Positions 40,824 through 50,280 are shown, numbered from the stretch's first letter. The stretch is DNA of 60,235 nucleotides from a virus (IMGVR_UViG_3300045007_000064:1-60235); one strand, 5' to 3'. Translations and numbers: made by a program. Notes: generated from the sequence alone by a model not told the origin.

Positions 40824-43220
40824 TTACTCGGCGTCAACCTTACGGCGGCGGGTAGCCAGGTAGATGCCTGCACCAGCCAGGAGGATAGCGATACCGCCGA
40901 TCCAGAGCGGGGTTGCGTCCCCACCCGTCGTGGCGAGGAAGCCCTCACCCTCAGCGATTTCCACCGGAGGCTTAGCAGCCTTCACCGGAGTCTTCGGCTC
41001 GTCCACCGGAGGCGTCACCACAGGCGGCTCCTCGGTCTCGCACTCCAGGGCCGCGATGTCCTCGGCGGTCACCGTGTAGGTGCCCTCCTCGGTTACGGTC
41101 TTGGCGTTCTCGGTGTCCAGGACCCACTCAGCTCCCACGCGGATGTACGGGGTCGTGGTGACCTCGCGGGTGATGTCCAGGACATCCCCCTCCTCGTTGT
41201 CGCAGGTGATGACCGGCTTGGACCACTCACCAGGAACGACCTTCGCGGGAGGCTGTTCGCCTGCACACTCGATGTTCTTGGCCTCGATTTCCTCGGCGGT
41301 CAGGGCACGGGTCTCAGTCTGAGTGGTCGTAACCGACTCACCCTCAACCCACTTGGAACCCTCGCGGACGTACTCGGTGGAGGTTACCTGGCGCGTGATC
41401 TGCACGGTGGAGTCACCGCACTGGTACTCGCTGTCAACCCACGGGGTCTCGGTGATCTTGTTCTCCGGCTGAGGACCGGCGCACTCGATGTCAGCGGCTT
41501 CCTGCTCCGCCTCGGTCAGCGGGCGGGTCTGGTTCTCGGTCGTGGTGACCGTCTCTCCAGCAACCCACTTGCCGTCAACCAGGACGTACGGGGTCACGCT
41601 CTTGGTCCGCGTCTGCGGAACCTCGGTAGCGGTGCACTCGTACTCGCCGTCAACCCACTCGGAGAAGACGATCTTGTCCTCGGGCTGCGGCGGGATGCAG
41701 TCGCTCTCAACCGTAGCCTTGGCGATGCGCTTCCACTCAGACGTTCCCGACTGGAAGACCTCGACCTTGTGGTCACCGGAGTCCTCGGGGAAGGTCAGCT
41801 TGACCGTCTCCGACTTGTTCGGCTCCACAGCGTACGCGCCGTAGAACGTACCGTCCACGTTGACCACGAAGCTCGCGGTTTTGTTGGCCTCGCCGTCCTT
41901 CTGCGGGTTGGTGAGAGTGATGTCAGCCGCACCGCAGACCTTGGTGATGTCCGCCTTGGGGTTCGCAGGAACCTCGACCGGAGGGCAGACCGTAGCGGTG
42001 TCCTCGTGCACGAACGGTGCCGTGCCCGGGTACATCTGCCAGCGGGTGAAGTCCGAAGGCTTGGTGCCAGCGGTGCCAGCCCAGATGTGCGTCTTGCGGA
42101 ACTCCGGCTTGATCTGCGCCGATCCGTCTACGACACGCTTGCCGTCGATGGTCTTGTACTTGGTGTCGATCCAGGGTCCGTTCACGAACTTGCCATACGT
42201 GGCAACCCACTCGGGATCGACGTACACGGTGTCATTGTCGGCACCGCAAACCTCGTTGGCGAGGAGCTTCGGGTACGGAATCTCGGTCAGCGGCGGGGTG
42301 CAGTCCTTGGCCTTGACCACATACAGCTTGTAGTCATGCGGCTCCAGACGGGCATCATCAGCGGGGCTGTTGAGCTTGGTCAGGGAGTCGAAGTAGGCCT
42401 GATCGGCGGCGTCACGAATCCAGTACTTGTCGAACTGGACCTTGTACGGATCACAGCGCTGCTCGGGGACGTAGTTGCAGTCCTTAGAGAGAATCGTCTG
42501 CGGCCAGTCGGCGTTCACGCTCTTGGTCTCCCAGGTCGCGCAGACCTCCTTGACCTCGAACGGCGGGGTCGGAGGAGTCACGGAGCCGGTGTTACAGAAC
42601 TCCCAGCCTCGTTCGTCCACGCCACCCTGGCGGTTGACGTTGTTCTCACCGAAGTGGTAGTTGAACCCGTTGACCTGGACCCACGTCACGCACTGACCGG
42701 GCTGGTAGCCGAGAGCGCTCCACGGGATCGTGGTAGCACCGATGTACGGCTTGCCGGGGTGTCCGTTGTTGCCGTCGATGTGAAGGCTTCCACCTGGACG
42801 GGTGTTGACGTGACCGCCGACCTGGAACGTACCGGAGGTCAGCTTGACACCCTCCGAAGTCAGGATGAACGGTCGATTGGCGTCGTTCGGGTAGTTGCTG
42901 GCGATGCCAGTCTGCACGGTACGAGCCTGAACGGGCGGAGCCTGAGCCTGGGCGTCGGTCGTCTGGACCTCAGCCCGCGGCTCGGCAGGAGCGGGCGTGA
43001 CCTCGGGGGTCTCGACCACTTCAGCGGGGGCGGGAGCGGCGACCTCTTCGGGCACCACAGCTTCCTCCACTGCGGGGGCTTCGGTCGGAGTGACCTCAGC
43101 CTCGGCGGAAACCTCCGGGGCCGGGGTAGCCTCGTCGGTTGCGTACGCCGCACCCGCGCCACCGAAGGCGAGGATCGCGGCGAGCGCGAAGGCAGCGGGT
43201 GCCTTCAGGAATCGCTTCAT
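40824..43220 (-). CDS. sortase-anchored (LPXTG-like LATTG) cell-surface protein
   Basis: signal peptide MKRFLK...AAYA; P/E/A-rich linker; 3 Cys-bounded ~70-aa repeats; LATTGG plus TM plus RRRK. Confidence 0.85.
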   Translation of the reverse strand: MKRFLKAPAAFALAAILAFGGAGAAYATDEATPAPEVSAEAEVTPTEAPAVEEAVVPEEVAAPAPAEVVETPEVTPAPAEPRAEVQTTDAQAQAPPVQARTVQTGIASNYPNDANRPFILTSEGVKLTSGTFQVGGHVNTRPGGSLHIDGNNGHPGKPYIGATTIPWSALGYQPGQCVTWVQVNGFNYHFGENNVNRQGGVDERGWEFCNTGSVTPPTPPFEVKEVCATWETKSVNADWPQTILSKDCNYVPEQRCDPYKVQFDKYWIRDAADQAYFDSLTKLNSPADDARLEPHDYKLYVVKAKDCTPPLTEIPYPKLLANEVCGADNDTVYVDPEWVATYGKFVNGPWIDTKYKTIDGKRVVDGSAQIKPEFRKTHIWAGTAGTKPSDFTRWQMYPGTAPFVHEDTATVCPPVEVPANPKADITKVCGAADITLTNPQKDGEANKTASFVVNVDGTFYGAYAVEPNKSETVKLTFPEDSGDHKVEVFQSGTSEWKRIAKATVESDCIPPQPEDKIVFSEWVDGEYECTATEVPQTRTKSVTPYVLVDGKWVAGETVTTTENQTRPLTEAEQEAADIECAGPQPENKITETPWVDSEYQCGDSTVQITRQVTSTEYVREGSKWVEGESVTTTQTETRALTAEEIEAKNIECAGEQPPAKVVPGEWSKPVITCDNEEGDVLDITREVTTTPYIRVGAEWVLDTENAKTVTEEGTYTVTAEDIAALECETEEPPVVTPPVDEPKTPVKAAKPPVEIAEGEGFLATTGGDATPLWIGGIAILLAGAGIYLATRRRKVDAE

Positions 43221-43295
43221 TGTGTCTCTTTCTGTTGGTTCCGGAACCCCCTCGGCACCGGATACGTCTAACCTAGCGCACTCCGCGCTCGGATG

Positions 43296-43826
43296 TCAAC
43301 CCTTGGAGGGAAACTTTTCGATGAAGGCCTCGTTGCCGAGGTTGCTCAGCTCGGTCTCGCAGGTCTGACGACCGAAGTCAGACACATCCAGCGGGTTGCC
43401 GAGCGTGTCCACGGTGGTGTCCGCCATGGAAGCCTTGACCTGCTCGACACAGGCCTCGAAGGCACGGTCCCGGTCCAGAAGCTCCTGATGCGTCTGCTCG
43501 GTCAGCAGGGATTCCAGGTGGTCGTTGGTGTCCCGCAGCTCCCGGTTCTCACGCAGGAGGTCGTTGTATCGCTCCTGGACCGCCGAGTTCCACTGCTCAT
43601 CGTTGCTCGGAAGCGGCGGGTAGAGAGCGTTGTGGAGCGCGTTTACGCCGAAGAACGCGCCGACGAGGACGACAGCACCGATGAGGACGGACCAGGCGAG
43701 GAATCGCGAGCTTCGAAGACGCTCGTTCTCGTCCATCGCGGCTTCGTACTCCTCGCGATAGCTCTTGCCGAGAGGCGTGTCGGGGGCCGGATTGACGCGG
43801 CGGCTGCGGCGGTTTCCTGTGTTCAT
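43296..43826 (-). CDS. single-pass membrane protein with a coiled coil
   Basis: TM helix FLAWSVLIGAVVLVGAFF; TTGACT-17-TAGTGT-7-ATG. Confidence 0.75.
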   Translation of the reverse strand: MNTGNRRSRRVNPAPDTPLGKSYREEYEAAMDENERLRSSRFLAWSVLIGAVVLVGAFFGVNALHNALYPPLPSNDEQWNSAVQERYNDLLRENRELRDTNDHLESLLTEQTHQELLDRDRAFEACVEQVKASMADTTVDTLGNPLDVSDFGRQTCETELSNLGNEAFIEKFPSKG

Positions 43827-43865
43827 GTCTACGACACTACAGCACTATTAGAGAAGAGTCAAGCC

Positions 43866-44081
43866 CTAGTCTGTATGAATCTCGAACCAGTCGAACCGGA
43901 AGACCCAGCCTCCATCGGTGAGGGACTGTCTCGGCTTGACCCGGGCGGGAATCCCTCGCGACCTGCGCATGTGGTTGATGAGCTTCCGCTTACCGATGGA
44001 GTCGATCAGGTTGGCAGCCACCACCTCCTGATACGCTCTTTTCACCACCCGTGGCTCGGTCTTGGACTGGTATACAGCCAT
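43866..44081 (-). CDS. small basic protein
   Basis: AGGAG RBS. Confidence 0.75.
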   Translation of the reverse strand: MAVYQSKTEPRVVKRAYQEVVAANLIDSIGKRKLINHMRRSRGIPARVKPRQSLTDGGWVFRFDWFEIHTD

Positions 44082-44095
44082 TGGTTTCTCCTGTC

Positions 44096-44150
44096 AAATT
44101 TTGCCCCATACTGGCCCCCAATTATAGGAGACCAGTATAGGGCATAATTT
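44096..44150. promoter_or_regulatory. 19-bp inverted repeat (17/19) flanking a TATAAT
   Basis: arms 44096-114 and 44132-150; ATTATA at 44121-26. Confidence 0.7.
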
Positions 44151-44159
44151 AGAGGACTT

Positions 44160-44630
44160 TCAATCCTCTTCGGCGGTCAGAAGGTTCTTCGGCGGGTACT
44201 CACCGTAGTACTTGGTGTAATCCACCGGATTTATCTTATCCCACATGCGGCCTGGGAGGGCACGCAGGACCCACGTCGCTGCATCAGTGATCGCCACAAC
44301 CGGGTCGGAGATGGTCTTGTCGATCATATGGTCATCGATCTTGCGGACGATGGTCTTCCTCTTGACCGACATCTTCTTGGTCGCGAAGTAAAACATCCCC
44401 TTGAACTCGGTGACCGTCTCCTCTCGGTAGTACAGGCCGACCTTGGGGTAGCTGAGGTCCTTGAACACCCTCCAGTAGTAGCCCTCCGGAAGCGAAGGCA
44501 TACCGGTCTGAGAATCGACCGGGTACAACGAGTGGATGTATCGAAGGTCCGTGTACCCGCTGGATGACGAGTAGTTGACCAGCTCTTCAAAAGCCCTCAG
44601 ATCGTCATGGGTGACTTTGTATTCAGACAT
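44160..44630 (-). CDS. hypothetical protein
   Basis: GGAGAAGG RBS. Confidence 0.75.
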   Translation of the reverse strand: MSEYKVTHDDLRAFEELVNYSSSSGYTDLRYIHSLYPVDSQTGMPSLPEGYYWRVFKDLSYPKVGLYYREETVTEFKGMFYFATKKMSVKRKTIVRKIDDHMIDKTISDPVVAITDAATWVLRALPGRMWDKINPVDYTKYYGEYPPKNLLTAEED

Positions 44631-44649
44631 TACCTTCTCCAGGTGTTTA

Positions 44650-45063
44650 TCACTTTTCGTTTTCTTCGACAGGAACCGGAGGCAGAACCTCCGCCACCTC
44701 CCAGGTGTCAGGCTCCTCGCCCTCCAGCAGGACGCCGGAGAAGTAGGCACCGTCTCGGGACGCGGTGAAGTAGTCCCCCGACAGGGACACTTGATCGAAG
44801 CCCAGCTCTTCCAGACCGGAGACCTTGGTTTCCACGACCCGGGAGGAGTAGACAGAGCTACCCGCCGCCACACCGCCCAGGCCGAAGATAATCAAGCAGA
44901 CAAGAGTGATGGCTGTCCACATGGTGAACATCTCACTCTCCGTCTCGATGTCCCGGAACCTGAAGTGCAACACGAGGCCAACCGCGAGGACGCCAAGAAC
45001 AACTCCGCCCGCCACGTAGAAGCTGGTGTAGTCCCAGCCTGGGTCTTGAATCTCCAGGATCAT
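44650..45063 (-). CDS. membrane protein, DPGW-family paralog
   Basis: MILEIQDPGWDY plus 2 TM. Confidence 0.8.
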   Translation of the reverse strand: MILEIQDPGWDYTSFYVAGGVVLGVLAVGLVLHFRFRDIETESEMFTMWTAITLVCLIIFGLGGVAAGSSVYSSRVVETKVSGLEELGFDQVSLSGDYFTASRDGAYFSGVLLEGEEPDTWEVAEVLPPVPVEENEK

Positions 45064-45800
45064 TACATCTTCTCCTTCAGAGTCGGCATCAGGCGGATGC
45101 CCTTACGGTCCATCACGCCCAGCAGCCCAGGGAACTCGTGCGCCAGGACGGACACAGTGCGAACCGTGTCATGCGCGAAGCACCGCTGCAACTCCTCACG
45201 GATGCGCTCGACAGAAACCTCTTCGACCTTATCCATAACGCTCAGGTTATAGATGGCGGTTCGAAGGTCGGCAGACAGCTTGAAGTCCTTGGTGATCATG
45301 AACCGCAGCGCTCGGAAGACACGCAGGGCGTCCTCCAGAAAGCGGTCACGCGGCTCACCGACAGCTACCAGCAGGCGCTTGCTCAGGTGGAACTGACCGT
45401 CGAACAGGTCGATGATGTTACCGTCCTCGTCCTCCGCCATCGCGTTCACACTGAAGTCGCGGCGGCTCAGGTCATCCTCCAGGGTGCCAGGAACAACCCA
45501 GTCAGGGCGGCGACCGTCCGAGTACGGACCCTCACGCCGAGCCAGCACGAAGTCCGCCGTGATCTTCTCGTTGGGGTGGTCCTTCGGGAACTTGGCCCGG
45601 ATGGTCAGGTACTCCGGGGTTTCCAGGAAGATCGTGAACCCCAGGTCACGCAGATGATCCGCCATGAACGTGTAGGCCTCCTCGATGGAGTTGACGACCT
45701 CAGGATTCACGACCACCGTGTAGTCAAAGTCCTTGACGGGCAGACCCAGCAGGCGGTCGCGCACTGCGCCGCCCACCAGGTACATCTTGATGTCTGTCAT
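45063..45800 (-). CDS. class II tRNA nucleotidyltransferase (CCA-adding/poly(A) polymerase family)
   Basis: YLVGGAVRDRLLG..KDFD, DLSRRDFSVNAMA, EDALRVFRALRF; leaderless. Confidence 0.9.
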   Translation of the reverse strand: MTDIKMYLVGGAVRDRLLGLPVKDFDYTVVVNPEVVNSIEEAYTFMADHLRDLGFTIFLETPEYLTIRAKFPKDHPNEKITADFVLARREGPYSDGRRPDWVVPGTLEDDLSRRDFSVNAMAEDEDGNIIDLFDGQFHLSKRLLVAVGEPRDRFLEDALRVFRALRFMITKDFKLSADLRTAIYNLSVMDKVEEVSVERIREELQRCFAHDTVRTVSVLAHEFPGLLGVMDRKGIRLMPTLKEKM

Positions 45801-45809
45801 GCTTCCAGC

Positions 45810-46580
45810 TTACGAGGTGGTGAGAGGAATGTCAAGCCCAGCCTGGAACTTGGCGAACTGCGCCTCCACGTCCCGCAGACGGTTGCGAGCGTAGGAGGGG
45901 TTGTAGAACACGGCGTCCTTGTCGAACACCTCCCGGTAGAGCGGGATCAGCGGCATATACCGGTCGATGAAGTACTTGGCCTTCGGGTCGTCGTACTCGT
46001 AGTGGTGGTGCAGGGACCCCGCGTTGTCCACGAAATCGCTGAACTTCACAATGCGGCTCGACTCGGACCGCAGGGCGATCTTCTCCACATGCTCCTGATA
46101 CTGCTTGACCTTATCTGCCTTGCTGATACCCTCGGGGAGAATGGGGTTCGAGACGGCATCCACGATAGCCGCCGTGGTGTACCCGAACTTGCTCCCGATG
46201 AAGTTGAACGCTGCGGTCCGAGCCTCCTGCTCGGTCGCACTCCGCGGCACGCCGTCGAAGTCCGCGAACTCGAAGGCGTGATCCTCCACCGTGTCATGGA
46301 GCACAGCCGCGAGATAGGTGTCCACGTCCTTCACGCCGAGGGCGGTCAGACGCAGAGCCACCCGAAGCGGATGCTCGATGTACGGCGGGTTCGGCATCCC
46401 ACCGCGACCACCACGACGAACGTCGGTGCGGTGCAGGTAGCTCGCCACCTGGATCGCATCGTTCAGTCGCTCGGTGTATCGCACCGGGAACCGAAGCTCG
46501 AAGTACGCACGCAGCTTGGCCGCGAGGCTGACGGAATCCAGGTCCTTCAGCGGCTGGTGCTCATTCCGGAAGGTAATCAC
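45810..46580 (-). CDS. RelA/SpoT-family HD hydrolase (small alarmone hydrolase/Mesh1-like)
   Basis: ASYLH...PYIEHPLRVA...AAVLHDTVED...VKFSDFVDN. Confidence 0.85.
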   Translation of the reverse strand: MITFRNEHQPLKDLDSVSLAAKLRAYFELRFPVRYTERLNDAIQVASYLHRTDVRRGGRGGMPNPPYIEHPLRVALRLTALGVKDVDTYLAAVLHDTVEDHAFEFADFDGVPRSATEQEARTAAFNFIGSKFGYTTAAIVDAVSNPILPEGISKADKVKQYQEHVEKIALRSESSRIVKFSDFVDNAGSLHHHYEYDDPKAKYFIDRYMPLIPLYREVFDKDAVFYNPSYARNRLRDVEAQFAKFQAGLDIPLTTS

Positions 46581-46990
46581 TTGACCGGCTCCGTGATGCG
46601 CCAGCGGTCGCCGTCCGCGTGGACGATGGACCCCATAGACCCGTCCTCGGTGATGTAGAAGTCGATCTGACCGTCCGCATCCACCAGAGATACCGCCTTC
46701 TGGCCGTTCTCGTTCAGAGCCTCCAGAATTCGGTCGTCCTGGTGACCGCTGTACGTGACCGATCCGGTGATGCCCGCCGCCGCGGCGGCAACGAGCAGGA
46801 CGACCAGCGTAGCCGCACCCGTACCACCGGCCCAGGTGACCAGGGTCTCCGCCGTATCCCGGCTCGACTGGAACCGGGAGAGCACGGCGAACAGGATCGC
46901 GAGGACGAGAAGCACCGCAGGGGCGATCATGAACATCGAGAACTGGAACCAGTCCCAACCCGGGTCTACAATAGTGATGATTTCTGACAT
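46577..46990 (-). CDS. membrane protein, DPGW-family paralog
   Basis: MSEIITIVDPGWDW plus 2 TM; leaderless. Confidence 0.8.
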   Translation of the reverse strand: MSEIITIVDPGWDWFQFSMFMIAPAVLLVLAILFAVLSRFQSSRDTAETLVTWAGGTGAATLVVLLVAAAAAGITGSVTYSGHQDDRILEALNENGQKAVSLVDADGQIDFYITEDGSMGSIVHADGDRWRITEPVK

Positions 46991-46999
46991 AGCCTCAGC

Positions 47000-47428
47000 C
47001 TACTCCTTCTCCACGTTCATGTCAAGCAACATGATCTGCCATGTCATCTCGGGGTACTCGATGATGACCCCGCGGACATACTGGTTATCCTTGACGGCGG
47101 TGAACTGGTACCTCTCGGACTCGTCCTCGTAGTTGAGGTAGCCCAGCTTCTCAAGCTGGTGCTGTTTCTCGGCCTCGATAGCGGTGGATCGCATGGTTGA
47201 ACTTACGATAGCATTCACCCCCGCCCCCGCGGGGACCGCGCAAGCCGCAATGATAAGCCCGATGAAGGCAGCGTGGCGAAGGCCCCCTGCCACACGACGG
47301 GTGGAGGCCGTGAAGGACAGGAGCCAGACGAGGCCGACCACGACAAAGAGAATCGCCACACCTACCGCGGTCCACTGCCAGCCGATCCAGGACCAGCCCG
47401 GGTCTTCAACAATGATCTTGTCGATCAT
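47000..47428 (-). CDS. membrane protein, DPGW-family paralog
   Basis: MIDKIIVEDPGWSW plus 2 TM. Confidence 0.8.
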   Translation of the reverse strand: MIDKIIVEDPGWSWIGWQWTAVGVAILFVVVGLVWLLSFTASTRRVAGGLRHAAFIGLIIAACAVPAGAGVNAIVSSTMRSTAIEAEKQHQLEKLGYLNYEDESERYQFTAVKDNQYVRGVIIEYPEMTWQIMLLDMNVEKE

Positions 47429-48501
47429 GATTCCTCGTTCTCATATTCTGCGCCGATGCGCTTGTACTTGATGGGGTTGGCGAGTAGCGGCTCAATCGCA
47501 CCCAACGCTGCACCCATTCTGCCGAGGAGAGTGCTCTCCTCCAGGATGACGTACGGAAGCTCATACTTCTCGCAGAAATCGATCCAGTACTGGTCGCTGG
47601 TTTCCCGCTTATCCCCGCCGTAACGGAGCGGGTCAGCCTCGAACGGGATGTTGGAGCGCAGGATGATGTAGAGGTCACTCTTGGTCAGCTTGGCAGCCTC
47701 CAGAAGGGCCTCCGGCACGGTCTCCGGCTCCCAGTTCTCCCAGAACCCGAGGGTCGTAAAGAGGTCGGTGTCCTGGAGCACGAGAGGCGCGAGGACATTC
47801 TCGTACGCGGTTTCCTGGAGGGCCTGTTGACCCTCCCAGATGCTCAGCATCTTCTCGTAGGTGACCTCAGCGCCGACCATCTCCAGGTAGGGGCGTGCCC
47901 ATTCGAAGAGCTTGGTCGTCGGGATGCCGATATCCCAGTAGGCGTCGGAGAGAGCGCGCGTCAAGGTTGTCTTGCCGACGCTTTCCGCTCCGAACATTGT
48001 CACCTTCTTCTGAAGGTAATGACGGAACTCGGGAAGAATCTGATCCCAGCCGCCCTTGGTGAACGGTGCGTTGCGTGCGCTCGTCCCCTTGGTGTAGCGC
48101 GACCAGCGGTCGGGGTCGAAGGGCATGAAGACACCGTTGGCGCGCTTCGCCAGCTCGACACCGTACTGCTCAGATGCCACGATGTAGTCGCCGTCTCGGA
48201 AGCCGTAGCGGTGAAGGTTACCGACCCAGTTGGCCCAGAAGGCATCAGGGGTGTCGCCTGGCTCCTGAGGGGTGTCCTCGTTCTGCCACTCCAGGTGGAA
48301 CCGAGGAGCGCCTTCCAGGAGGTTGAGGTTCAACAGCGCCGCCTCCAGCGCCTTCGCGCGCTCCGTAACCATCGGCTCGCTGGGCTGGGTGTTGAGGAAG
48401 AGGACGACCTCGTTCACGTCCAGGTGCCCCGCGAACTTCACCAGGTCCAGATGGCCGAACGTCGGCGGCAGGGCCGTCATCAGAACATATGCCTGAGTCA
48501 T
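47425..48501 (-). CDS. nadR: NadR-like bifunctional NMN adenylyltransferase / ribosylnicotinamide kinase
   Basis: PPTFGH nucleotidyltransferase motif; P-loop GAESVGKTTL; EWAR; DTDLFTT. Confidence 0.8.
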   Translation of the reverse strand: MTQAYVLMTALPPTFGHLDLVKFAGHLDVNEVVLFLNTQPSEPMVTERAKALEAALLNLNLLEGAPRFHLEWQNEDTPQEPGDTPDAFWANWVGNLHRYGFRDGDYIVASEQYGVELAKRANGVFMPFDPDRWSRYTKGTSARNAPFTKGGWDQILPEFRHYLQKKVTMFGAESVGKTTLTRALSDAYWDIGIPTTKLFEWARPYLEMVGAEVTYEKMLSIWEGQQALQETAYENVLAPLVLQDTDLFTTLGFWENWEPETVPEALLEAAKLTKSDLYIILRSNIPFEADPLRYGGDKRETSDQYWIDFCEKYELPYVILEESTLLGRMGAALGAIEPLLANPIKYKRIGAEYENEES

Positions 48502-49238
48502 TCCCAATCCTTCCCCTGGAATCCAGCCTGGATCGCAGAGCGGGCAGGCTCGGAGAACTCTGCCACGCGCTTGCGGATGGTCGCCTTGATCTGAGCGTGC
48601 TGCTCGGGCCACTTCTTGGTGGTCGGAGGATCGTGCAACTCGTCACCGATACGCACGCCGAGGAGGTCGTCGGTGATGTACCACTCGGTGAGGATTTCAC
48701 CGGAAGCACGCAGCTTCTCGACGTAGTGCTTGAATCCCTCCACGACATGGATGTTGCCGACGAAAACCCACGGGTCACCCTCGATGTCATCGAAGCCCTC
48801 GCCCTTGTGCTCCATGCCTCCCGAGATGGGGAACTGGAAGATCGGCGCGAACTCGTTCGACTTGCCGCTGAACGGACGCCAGTTGAAGAAGATGTACGCC
48901 TCGTTCAGGTTACCCCGGTAGTCGTTGATCTTCAGCAGGATGCCGTCAGACCAGAGCATGATCGTGTGCTGGGGATCGCCGTAATTGCTGGGACCGTGGT
49001 GGACCCAGACGGGGGTGAACCCGGCATCACGGGCGATATCTACCGCCTCCGTGAACGGGATGTTACGGTAGAAGTCACCCCGCAGCATCAGCTCGTCCTT
49101 CTTGCGCTGTGCGCTCTCCTGGAGGAGTAGGAAGCCGAGACCCTGGGTGCCGGGGTCTTCCTTGTAGCTCTTGCCGGTGACCTTCTCCGCCTCCAGAAGG
49201 GGGTCGAAGTGGAGGATGCTGTCGAAGTCTTCGCTCAT
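48498..49238 (-). CDS. hypothetical protein
   Basis: 246 aa; leaderless TTGACG-17-TAAGCT-6-ATG. Confidence 0.8.
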   Translation of the reverse strand: MSEDFDSILHFDPLLEAEKVTGKSYKEDPGTQGLGFLLLQESAQRKKDELMLRGDFYRNIPFTEAVDIARDAGFTPVWVHHGPSNYGDPQHTIMLWSDGILLKINDYRGNLNEAYIFFNWRPFSGKSNEFAPIFQFPISGGMEHKGEGFDDIEGDPWVFVGNIHVVEGFKHYVEKLRASGEILTEWYITDDLLGVRIGDELHDPPTTKKWPEQHAQIKATIRKRVAEFSEPARSAIQAGFQGKDWE

Positions 49239-49247
49239 GGTTACAGC

Positions 49248-49442
49248 TTACTGTACTTTCTCGGATACGTCAAGTCTCCGCCAGTTGTCCAGCGGCTCTG
49301 CATCGGTGATGAACGGCTTCTCGCAGGAGTGCATCACGAGACGCGCATCCGGGGAGAAGTCGAACTGGACACTCCCAGCGGGAGCCTCGTCTACAACTGC
49401 GAGACGAGCGCTCCCGGTGAGAGTCTTAGGTCCGTCAGACAC
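49248..49442 (-). CDS. hypothetical protein
   Basis: GTG overlapping the end of pnuC. Confidence 0.55.
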   Translation of the reverse strand: MSDGPKTLTGSARLAVVDEAPAGSVQFDFSPDARLVMHSCEKPFITDAEPLDNWRRLDVSEKVQ

Positions 49443-50280
49443 CCTTGACCACACGGCCTTCAGAGGGCGGGAGGGTGTCGTAGAGAGCCTTGGTGGCCTC
49501 CACGTCAGCCTCAGCGTAGGCGACCAGCTTGGGATCGAACTGCACGTTGTTGACGGCGACCACCGGGGATTCATCCAGGATGTCCGTACCGGCTTCCTTC
49601 ATCGACTGACGCCACAGGATGTAGCCCGGGATGTTGGCGAAGAAGAAAATGAGCTGCTGGACGGCGGCGAAGGGGGCACCAGCGGTGAAGTAGAGCGTCA
49701 CGCCGACGATGTTGACCGCACCCCAGACGAACCAGGCGAAGAGCACCTTGTTGTCGAGGAGGAACTGAGCGGCGATTGTCAGGACCAGAATGGCAGCGTC
49801 CCAGAAGGCGAACTGTCCACCGAAAGCGGTCGAGATGAAGTACGCACCCGCGTAGGTAGCGGCGGTCGCGAGGATATAGGCAGGAATCCACTTGGCCTGG
49901 AGCTTGTGAACCGGGCGGCTCTTGGCGTCCGGACCCCAGCGGAAGAAGCCGTAGACGAGCTGACCCACCAGGTACGCCGACAGGATCGCGGAAGCGAGCA
50001 GTCCGTACTGGAAGTACGCGATGGCGAACGCGGCGGATGCGGCGAAGCCGAGGGCGTAGGTGAATCGGCGCTGCTTGATGGACAGATAGGTCGCACCGTA
50101 GTTGATGGTCGCACCCGCGACCTCAAACCAGTTCGGTGCGCCGGTCAGCCAGCCCATGCCGTAGGCGAGGGCGAAGGTCAGACCGGAGAGAACGACTGCG
50201 ATCACCGCAGCGATGAAGAAGTCGTTCTTCAGGAAGCGCACCAGACCTGAGGTCGGTGCGGGGAGATAGGGCGTGCTCAC
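49435..50280 (-). CDS. pnuC: PnuC-like nicotinamide riboside transporter
   Basis: multi-TM; YGFFRW, WDAAILVLTIAAQFLLDNK, W..W...N. Confidence 0.85.
   Translation of the reverse strand: MSTPYLPAPTSGLVRFLKNDFFIAAVIAVVLSGLTFALAYGMGWLTGAPNWFEVAGATINYGATYLSIKQRRFTYALGFAASAAFAIAYFQYGLLASAILSAYLVGQLVYGFFRWGPDAKSRPVHKLQAKWIPAYILATAATYAGAYFISTAFGGQFAFWDAAILVLTIAAQFLLDNKVLFAWFVWGAVNIVGVTLYFTAGAPFAAVQQLIFFFANIPGYILWRQSMKEAGTDILDESPVVAVNNVQFDPKLVAYAEADVEATKALYDTLPPSEGRVVKGV

Noticed and set aside
41769-43271. 500-aa + strand ORF
   Set aside because: Shadow of the surface-protein gene.
45138-46658. 506-aa + strand ORF
   Set aside because: Shadow of the CCA and HD hydrolase genes.
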